A program made the translations under genes and the position numbers. A stretch of 19,654 bases of DNA from Promethearchaeota archaeon (GTDB taxonomy: Archaea; Asgardarchaeota; Hermodarchaeia; Hermodarchaeales; Hermodarchaeaceae), in assembly GCA_048939625.1 (NCBI GenBank), contig JBHLPH010000029.1, forward strand, positions 1-19,654, given 5' to 3'. Positions 8,017-14,351 of this stretch are shown here, piece after piece. The number at the start of each line of letters is the position of its first letter. Position 1 is the first letter of the stretch. The notes under the pieces were generated by a model. It was not told the DNA's origin, did not search any database, and saw nothing but the letters and a program-made list of their open reading frames with translations.

Positions 8017-8774
8017 TGATATGAGCTAAGTCTGCGTCTTGACTGCGGATTGACAGTGCTCCGTTGCATCCATGGACGGCTGGGATGCTTCTCTAATGTA
8101 AACGTGTCAGTGGTGTTCTGACGGTGATGGTGGATGAGCACGTGGAACCGATGGCGAGCCGCTTGACCGATTCGGAGGGGCGGCTTTGACTCACGCTTGG
8201 GGGCATCGGCACTAGCCACGACAGCAACCTGATGAGCAAAAGCGAGTTGTTTTATTTGTGCAGCAAGCTGGGCACGGCGAAAGACACGGGGATCGGTGAC
8301 GGAGTCCAGTGCTGCTGATGTGTATGTATCGCCTTCTTCTTCCTCTTGTACGAGGTGTGTAAGACCATTGATGAACAGAATCGGGGCATCGAACCCATGA
8401 ATCGTGTTTGGTGCTTCGCCGAGGAGTGATAACAACTGGTCTGTGGTAAAGGCACGCGCGATGTGAAGTCGTTGCAGATGAGTAGTAGGGGCTGCTGAAA
8501 GGGATGCAGTTTGGAGCTTGTTGAGGATGTTGTCTGGACGAATTTTGTTGTTGGCATCGATGACGGCGACGTGTCGGTGGGGACCATAATGCAGAAGGGC
8601 GGTAGCGATGGCTTGTTGTAGCAGGCTCGTACAGTGTGGGCTGCCAAAAATAAGGTAGCTGAGCCCGGCTTCAAAGCCGCCATCCAAGAGCTCATCGAGG
8701 AGGGGGCTGGCTGTGGGGCATTTGGTTTCTTGATGTTGTACCATTGAGAAGGCTGTCTGAAACATCCTGTTCAT
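7995..8774 (-). CDS. RadA/Rad51-like RecA-fold paralog, predicted ATPase-inactive
   Basis: Colinear with the RadA core: FQTA; PTASPLLDELLDGGFEAG; VIDANNKIRPDNI (vs YIDTEGTFRPERI); LHIARAFT; ILFINGL (vs VVDSL); VAVVAS; KHPSRP. The Walker A GKT is missing. Confidence 0.8.
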   Translation of the reverse strand: MNRMFQTAFSMVQHQETKCPTASPLLDELLDGGFEAGLSYLIFGSPHCTSLLQQAIATALLHYGPHRHVAVIDANNKIRPDNILNKLQTASLSAAPTTHLQRLHIARAFTTDQLLSLLGEAPNTIHGFDAPILFINGLTHLVQEEEEGDTYTSAALDSVTDPRVFRRAQLAAQIKQLAFAHQVAVVASADAPKRESKPPLRIGQAARHRFHVLIHHHRQNTTDTFTLEKHPSRPWMQRSTVNPQSRRRLSSYQTTLFGE

Positions 8775-8833
8775 CTTCTAAGGAATTCGTGTTAGTCTCG
8801 TGTATGGTGCGAAATCTGCTGTTGAATAGGTGA

Positions 8834-8859
8834 CAAAAACCCTCAAAAACCCGCAAACC
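8834..8859. repeat. 10-bp-period tandem repeat CAAAAACCC(T/G) x2 plus a partial copy
   Basis: CAAAAACCCT CAAAAACCCG CAAACC read directly from the sequence. Confidence 0.7.
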
Positions 8860-8860
8860 T

Positions 8861-8879
8861 ACACACTCACTGAGTGTGT
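8861..8879. promoter_or_regulatory. 19-bp palindrome, candidate transcription-factor operator
   Basis: ACACACTCA-C-TGAGTGTGT has perfect 9-bp arms and lies in a divergent intergenic region. The 1-nt spacer favours a DNA binding site over an RNA hairpin. Confidence 0.55.
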
Positions 8880-8888
8880 TTGGTTCTT

Positions 8889-9641
8889 ATGGCGTATCAT
8901 GCAAGTGCCCAATTCTATGATCTCTTTGCACAAGGTAAGGAAAAAGAAAAGGCATTTTATCGGATGCTAGCCCAAGAAGCGGGTTCTCCTGCGCTGGAAT
9001 TGGGCGTTGGGACTGGTATTTTCGCTTTTGCCTTAGCAGAGGATGGAATTACTGTAGTGGGATTGGAGCAGTCACGAGAAATGCTCCAGGAGGCACGAAA
9101 GAAACTGCAAAAAGCGCCTGCAGAAATAGCCCGTCGTCTTCTGTTTATTGCAGGGGACATTAGTAATTTTCAGCTAGACCAAAAATTCCGGATTATCTAT
9201 GTCCCATCCGGGAGTTTCCAATACCTTGTGACCCGGAAGCAGCAATTAGGCTGTTTGCGAAGTGTAAAAGCTCATCTTCACAAGGAGGGTTCTTTTGTCT
9301 TCGATGTATGGGTCGGAGAATCCGATACGAGTGGGACTTGGCGGCGCCTGGAAACTGCGGCATTACCAGAGGGTGGTGCAGTAACCCGGTCCATTTCAAC
9401 GAGGCTTGAATCTTCTAAGAAATTGATAGATACGGTTCTTCGGTTCGATATTCAGGATGAGGAAGGACGAATTTCGGAGACTTTGTTTGATTGGTCTCAG
9501 CTCGCGGTCCTTTCTGTAGAGGATGTGAAATTTTTACTAGCTGAATCGCACTTTCAGGTTGAAACGCTCTATTCTTCCTTTTCTCGAGAGCCTTGGACGC
9601 CTGAATCATCTCGGGCAATATTCGTTACAGAATCAGTTTAG
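8889..9641 (+). CDS. Class I SAM-dependent methyltransferase
   Basis: AQFYD, motif I LELGVGTG, GLEQSREML, GDI and HLHKEGSFVFD. ATG at 8889 is preferred over GTG at 8874, which lies inside the palindrome. Confidence 0.9.
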   Translation: MAYHASAQFYDLFAQGKEKEKAFYRMLAQEAGSPALELGVGTGIFAFALAEDGITVVGLEQSREMLQEARKKLQKAPAEIARRLLFIAGDISNFQLDQKFRIIYVPSGSFQYLVTRKQQLGCLRSVKAHLHKEGSFVFDVWVGESDTSGTWRRLETAALPEGGAVTRSISTRLESSKKLIDTVLRFDIQDEEGRISETLFDWSQLAVLSVEDVKFLLAESHFQVETLYSSFSREPWTPESSRAIFVTESV

Positions 9642-9662
9642 TCTTTGAACTCACTATCAAGT

Positions 9663-9689
9663 AAAAAAAACTCGGTAGTCACCGAGTTT
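9663..9689 (-). terminator. Intrinsic (hairpin + U-tract) terminator between convergent genes
   Basis: AAACTCGGT (9668-9676) - AGTC - ACCGAGTTT (9681-9689). On the minus strand the stem runs into T8 (9663-9670). Confidence 0.65.
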
Positions 9690-9713
9690 ATTGAAACTGT
9701 GAGTTCTTGTTTG

Positions 9714-9899
9714 CTAGAAGAATAGTAAGGCAATAACAATGAGTGCCAAACCAATAAAGAGCAGACCCTTTTCCATGAAGTGGCTGAGCGCGGTTTTTGG
9801 ACCCTGATGGGCCCATTGGTAGAGATAAGTCCAACTTCCGAGAATCAATAAGAGTCCAATCAAAGCCATGACATTACCTATCAGTGATAGAACCATCAT
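9714..9899 (-). CDS. Small 2-TM membrane protein (about 60 aa)
   Basis: Two hydrophobic helices. AGGTG RBS at 9903-9907 precedes ATG ATG (9899/9896). Promoter-like box upstream and terminator downstream. Confidence 0.65.
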   Translation of the reverse strand: MMVLSLIGNVMALIGLLLILGSWTYLYQWAHQGPKTALSHFMEKGLLFIGLALIVIALLFF

Positions 9900-9943
9900 A
9901 TACACCTAAGTTAGAGGAGTTGGAGTATCTGCAATGCTTCTGG

Positions 9944-9958
9944 TTTAAAGCCTTTTTC
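9944..9958 (-). promoter_or_regulatory. Archaeal BRE + TATA promoter-like element for the small membrane gene
   Basis: Minus strand reads GAAAAAGGC-TTTAAA about 45 nt upstream of the start codon. Confidence 0.45.
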
Positions 9959-10083
9959 TCTTACCTGAAAACCGAGTTTTGGTCGCTGAAGTTGGCTTTT
10001 ATGAATGAGGACGTACTAGTACCCGTCTGTTCGGAAAGATATCCTCATTTCACTAAAAACACTGATGGAAAGGTTTGAGTATC

Positions 10084-11550
10084 ATGTCTAAAACTTCGAC
10101 GGCTTTCAATGTGAATCGTGTTAAGCGGCAACTTGAGGTCTGGCTCGGGAAGGAGAATGTGTCAGCAGCGGAAGTGGATAAAATCTGCTATTCCCGAGAT
10201 GCTTGGCCTCTTCGTTTAATCCGGCTTGGGCGATTAGTGTTAGAAGCTCAACCGGATCTGATTGTCTGGCCACAGACCGTCGATCAAATACAAAAGATTG
10301 TCAAACTTGCCAATCAGGAAGGCATTCCTCTCATTCCCGTTTCTGGTGCCGGTGGGGTAGCCGGTGGAACTCTTGCAATAACCGGAGGTATCATTATTGA
10401 TTTAAAGAAGATGCGGCGAGTGCTTGAAGTGGACGAAGCCTCTCTAACTGTCACAGTCGAACCCGGAATTCTTGGTCAAGAACTGGAGGAGGATTTACAG
10501 GCGCGTGGGTACACCTCAGGACATTTTCCCTCTTCGATTTATAGTTCAGCTTATGGTGGTTTCGCTGCGGCTCGCTCGGCGGGGGTTCTTTCATCAAAAT
10601 ATGGAAAAATCGAAGATATGATTACAGGTCTAGAGGTAGTTCTACCTACTGGCGAACTATTACGGACTAAAGCGGTTCCCCGCTCCTCGATGGGTCCGGA
10701 TCTCAAACACCTGTTCATTGGATCAGAAGGTACTTTTGGTATTATCACAGAACTGACCCTACGAATTGCACCTGCTCCACAGGCTACCCAATTTGCTTCC
10801 TATCTGTTTTCTAATTTAACCACGGGAATGAACGCTGTCAAAGAAATTTTCCGTCATGATTTGAAACCCGCTCTGATTCGCTTGTATGACGAAAATGAGA
10901 CTCGGTTTGTTCTTGGTCGATTCAAATCGCCACCGGCGGGGGCGTGTGTCCTCAATCTCATGTATAGTGCGACTAAAGATTTAGTTCGCCTTGAGAAACG
11001 CACCGTTAGCAAAATCTGTCAAAATGAAGGAAGTGAGGATTTGGGTCCTGGTCCCTCCAAACAATGGTGGGAGAATCGCTTCGATCTCTATTACCCCTCG
11101 AGTCTGAATATGGGTCCAGGAATGCTTTATGATGTATTAGACGTCGCTGCTAGTTATGCCAACCTCGAGAAGATGTATTGGGCGATGCGGAAAGCGATTG
11201 AAGCAACAAGCATGAGTACCATGAGCCACTTTTCCCACTTTTACCCAGATGGTGGAAATATCTATGTCATCTTCATTGGTCATGGTGGAACGCCCGAAGA
11301 AGTTGAAGCAAAATATAATCAAGTTTGGCAGGTGGGGCTTGAAGCAGCACACAAGGCAGGTGGCACATTGAGTCATCAACATGGAGTTGGACTCTTGAAA
11401 TCCTCTTGGATGGCTACCGAGCACGGATCCACTGGCTTTGCTCTCCTTCAGGCAATTAAACAGTATTTAGACCCTAATAATATCCTGAATCCAGGTAAAC
11501 TCGGTTTTTCCAAAGAATCGACCAAGCCTACTGGCGGAGGGACTAAATAA
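10084..11550 (+). CDS. FAD-binding oxidoreductase (VAO/PCMH family), alkylglycerone-phosphate synthase/YgcU-like
   Basis: PDLIVWP, GHFPSS...GG, KYGKIEDM, GPDLKHLFIGSEGTFGIITE, PALIRLYD, HFSHFYPDGGNIY, GGTLSHQHGVG and DPNNILNPGKL. ATG 10084 follows AGGT (alternative start TTG 10075). Confidence 0.88.
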   Translation: MSKTSTAFNVNRVKRQLEVWLGKENVSAAEVDKICYSRDAWPLRLIRLGRLVLEAQPDLIVWPQTVDQIQKIVKLANQEGIPLIPVSGAGGVAGGTLAITGGIIIDLKKMRRVLEVDEASLTVTVEPGILGQELEEDLQARGYTSGHFPSSIYSSAYGGFAAARSAGVLSSKYGKIEDMITGLEVVLPTGELLRTKAVPRSSMGPDLKHLFIGSEGTFGIITELTLRIAPAPQATQFASYLFSNLTTGMNAVKEIFRHDLKPALIRLYDENETRFVLGRFKSPPAGACVLNLMYSATKDLVRLEKRTVSKICQNEGSEDLGPGPSKQWWENRFDLYYPSSLNMGPGMLYDVLDVAASYANLEKMYWAMRKAIEATSMSTMSHFSHFYPDGGNIYVIFIGHGGTPEEVEAKYNQVWQVGLEAAHKAGGTLSHQHGVGLLKSSWMATEHGSTGFALLQAIKQYLDPNNILNPGKLGFSKESTKPTGGGTK

Positions 11551-12752
11551 TGACCTCTTCAAAAACACCGGATCTACCTGCTTCTCTCGATGATTATGCA
11601 AAAATTAGCCGCCTTTGTAGTCTATGTAGTCGCATGTGTCGGCACTCCTGTCCTACCCATTTAGTCACAGGTTCAGATGCATGCAGTCCCATCGGTCGAG
11701 CGCTTATCATTGAATTATACCGGGGCCATAAAAGTGCCCTTACCGAAGCCGCGGTTGACCGACTCTACCAATGCAATCTCTGCGGAGCCTGCAAAGCCTG
11801 GTGCAAGCCGCGTCATGAACTCCCCCAAATCATCGAGCTTGCTCGTGAACGAGTGGTCGAAGAAAATCGGGCTCCTATGGGAACCTTAGCGCTTGATCAA
11901 AACGTATCTGAGTACTCCAATGTGTATGGAGAGCCTCACAATAAGCGGTTCGTTCTCCTCAAAAATGCTCTCAAGGACACTACTCCAAATGCAAAAGTTG
12001 CTTATTTTGTTGGATGTACAACGGCGTATCGACACCCTGAAATCGCATTAGCCACTCATAGGGTGTTCAAAGCTCTCAATATCGAGTATGATTTCTTATC
12101 TGGATCTGAAAGCGAGGTATGCTGTGGATCCCCATTAATTCGGGCAGGATTCATTAAAAGCGCAAAATCGTTAGCTACACAGAATGTGGCCGCGATTGCA
12201 AAATCAAATGCTCAAACGGTGATTACTACCTGTCCGGGATGTGCTCGAGCCCTTAGAAATGATTATCCTCGACTGGGAATATCGTTACCTAAGAAGGTTC
12301 GAGTGTTACATATTTCCGAGTTTCTCATCCAACATCAGAAGAAATTAGCTCCTTTGCTCACGCAACTCTCTGCACAAAATCAAACATTGCTGACCTATCA
12401 CGACCCTTGTCACCTGGGGCGAGAACTAGGCGTCTACGAGCAACCCCGTCGCTTACTCCATTTAATCCCCGGTATTCAACTAAAGGAATTTGTGCACAAT
12501 CGGGATAAGGCTGATTGCTGTGGTGGTGGCGGGGCTTTACCTAAAACCTTTCCCTCTCTCAGTGAGGAAATTACACACCGCCGGTTGGATGATGCAAGTA
12601 CCCTTGCGGTGGAGCTGCTTGTATCAGCATGTCCAAACTGTAAACTTCATTTCACTGACGTCCACTTAAAGAGTACTGGAGACGAATTTGAAATCCTTGA
12701 TTTGATGGAATTACTTGTGAGAGCTCTTAAAGCCCCAACGCGGGGAAGATGA
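11550..12752 (+). CDS. (Fe-S)-binding oxidoreductase subunit, GlpC/HdrD/GlcF-like (two ferredoxin-type Cys motifs + two CCG domains)
   Basis: CSLCSRMCRHSCP and CNLCGACKAWC; YFVGC...CCG...CPGC; YHDPCHL...CCGGGG...CPNC. Start overlaps the upstream stop (TAATG, 11548-11552). Confidence 0.9.
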   Translation: MTSSKTPDLPASLDDYAKISRLCSLCSRMCRHSCPTHLVTGSDACSPIGRALIIELYRGHKSALTEAAVDRLYQCNLCGACKAWCKPRHELPQIIELARERVVEENRAPMGTLALDQNVSEYSNVYGEPHNKRFVLLKNALKDTTPNAKVAYFVGCTTAYRHPEIALATHRVFKALNIEYDFLSGSESEVCCGSPLIRAGFIKSAKSLATQNVAAIAKSNAQTVITTCPGCARALRNDYPRLGISLPKKVRVLHISEFLIQHQKKLAPLLTQLSAQNQTLLTYHDPCHLGRELGVYEQPRRLLHLIPGIQLKEFVHNRDKADCCGGGGALPKTFPSLSEEITHRRLDDASTLAVELLVSACPNCKLHFTDVHLKSTGDEFEILDLMELLVRALKAPTRGR

Positions 12753-13269
12753 ACAGAAGTGATAAAATAACGAAGGCTACAAGGGCAACTCCGTTCCCAA
12801 TGAGCCATCCTTTTTCATATTTCTTGGGAACATAGGTGATGTTCCCTGGTGGCGCTTTCATCCCTTTTTCGATGTAAATAAACGCCTCTAATGGATTCTT
12901 CATGAAGCGATTGAGCACAGACCGAGTACTTGGCGCAAGATCCAGGAATAAATGGCAGGCACAACTAAGTAAGAACACCGCGATGAAATATCGGTCAATA
13001 GGGGTCCACCAACCCAGGAAATACACTGGGATAAAGAAGAGCGTGACAATGACTAGCGGTGCTAGCACACTGTGGGTGATGATGGAGCGATGGCCAAGCA
13101 GAGGTTTCCAATGAATATCGAAGTCAGAGAATATTCCACCAACCCAGGCAATTAAAAAAAACCAGAAGCTGAATACTGCCGGTAAGAGCCAGGGGAAGAG
13201 GAATTGAAATACAATCCATCCTACGATGAAGATGATTGTGGTAAAGAAGACATGGTCCCAACCATTCAT
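12727..13269 (-). CDS. Membrane-bound metal-dependent hydrolase (YdjM-like)
   Basis: N-terminal His, SDFD, HRSIITHS and HLFLD motifs with TM segments. ATG at 13269 follows GGTG (alternative start 13284). 3' end overlaps the Fe-S gene by 26 nt. Confidence 0.7.
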   Translation of the reverse strand: MNGWDHVFFTTIIFIVGWIVFQFLFPWLLPAVFSFWFFLIAWVGGIFSDFDIHWKPLLGHRSIITHSVLAPLVIVTLFFIPVYFLGWWTPIDRYFIAVFLLSCACHLFLDLAPSTRSVLNRFMKNPLEAFIYIEKGMKAPPGNITYVPKKYEKGWLIGNGVALVAFVILSLLFIFPALGL

Positions 13270-13348
13270 AAGGTAACACCGCATTCTCTCGGAAATGAAC
13301 TTCCCTAAAAATGTTCAATTTCTTCAGGCAGGATTTTAAGTTCTGGGA

Positions 13349-14167
13349 TTATTCATTCTCGGAATTCAACAATTCCGAGATGACTCCGCCCGCACTGAAA
13401 TACATGCCATTAAATGCCTCGGCATATTGATACCCTACTTCTTTGCCTGTTTCTTGAGCAGATAGTGTTATCCAAGCTCGGTAGATATCCTGCCAATTTA
13501 GGGTCTCGAGAATCGGAACTGAAAGCCCTGCAAGAAGTACGCGTTGTTTTGTTTCTTCTAAAAGCATCTGCAGCTGACTTTCATACTGAAAAAGTGCTTG
13601 GATTTTCTTCTCTAAACTTTCGCTAATGTCCACGAAGGTTGTTGGGGTTGGACTATTCCATCCAAAATATTTAGTCACGATATGGGGATTTAGTCCCTTC
13701 TTCAGCTGCTCTGGAAAGTAAAGGTGCAGATGGCTTGTATAACACGCTTCGTAAATCGAGCGTCCCACAGCCCGATGATCAGGATGTGGGTCATAGGGAT
13801 CATGAGGATCAAAGCTAAACACGATATCAGGACACACTTGGCGAATCACTTCAGTATACGATCGACGAAGTTCCAAGTCAGCAACTACTTCCCCATCTGG
13901 AATACCCATATACAGGACCTCTTTCACACCTAGCACTTGAGCAGCCCTTTTTGATTCCTGTTTTTCGACTTCGATCATTGCTTCTCGTGTCATTGTAGGA
14001 TCCAAAGTTCCCTTTTCGCCAAAGGTTGTACATAGATTTACTAATCTATGACCCATCTCCGCAAGCTTGGCGATGGTTCCTCCCGCAAAGAGGGTTGCAT
14101 CATCAGGGTGGGCTTCAACAACTAAAACGGTTAGTTCTTCTTTGGTGTCCCACAATTCGTCTGACAT
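13349..14167 (-). CDS. PIG-L/LmbE family deacetylase
   Basis: AHPDD, TFGEKG, HPDH, VDIS...KKIQAL...YESQ and YAEAF motifs. Confidence 0.9.
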   Translation of the reverse strand: MSDELWDTKEELTVLVVEAHPDDATLFAGGTIAKLAEMGHRLVNLCTTFGEKGTLDPTMTREAMIEVEKQESKRAAQVLGVKEVLYMGIPDGEVVADLELRRSYTEVIRQVCPDIVFSFDPHDPYDPHPDHRAVGRSIYEACYTSHLHLYFPEQLKKGLNPHIVTKYFGWNSPTPTTFVDISESLEKKIQALFQYESQLQMLLEETKQRVLLAGLSVPILETLNWQDIYRAWITLSAQETGKEVGYQYAEAFNGMYFSAGGVISELLNSENE

Positions 14168-14288
14168 GACTATCCCATGAGCTAGGTTCTATTCTGCTTC
14201 AAAGGGTTTTCCTTTTCGTGGAAAGACAAGGTCGGAGTGCAAGACTGCTAAAACGCGTTCGACCGTTCTGGATTCTTGTCGACGTAGA

Positions 14289-14330
14289 TTTAAAATGCTC
14301 ACCATTCCTCTTTTAGATAGACACGTCTAT
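14289..14330 (+). promoter_or_regulatory. TATA-like box and palindromic operator candidate upstream of mtrH
   Basis: TTTAAA at 14289-14294. ATAGAC-AC-GTCTAT at 14317-14330 sits about where transcription would start. GAGGT RBS at 14340-14344. Confidence 0.4.
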
Positions 14331-14351
14331 TTCATTCAAGAGGTCTGAACT

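Noticed and set aside
8252-8695. 147-aa same-strand alternative-frame ORF inside the RadA-like gene
   Set aside because: Ser/Pro/Thr-rich with no motifs; explained by stop-codon scarcity in the C-rich strand. It does not restore a Walker A, so it gives no support for a frameshift.
10001-10072. SECIS or hammerhead-like reading of the leader (ATGA; CTGATGG)
   Set aside because: No opposing GA quartet, no in-frame UGA gene nearby, and the hammerhead core is incomplete.
14230-14266. tRNA suggested by GTTCGA
   Set aside because: No T-stem, anticodon arm or acceptor stem can be built.
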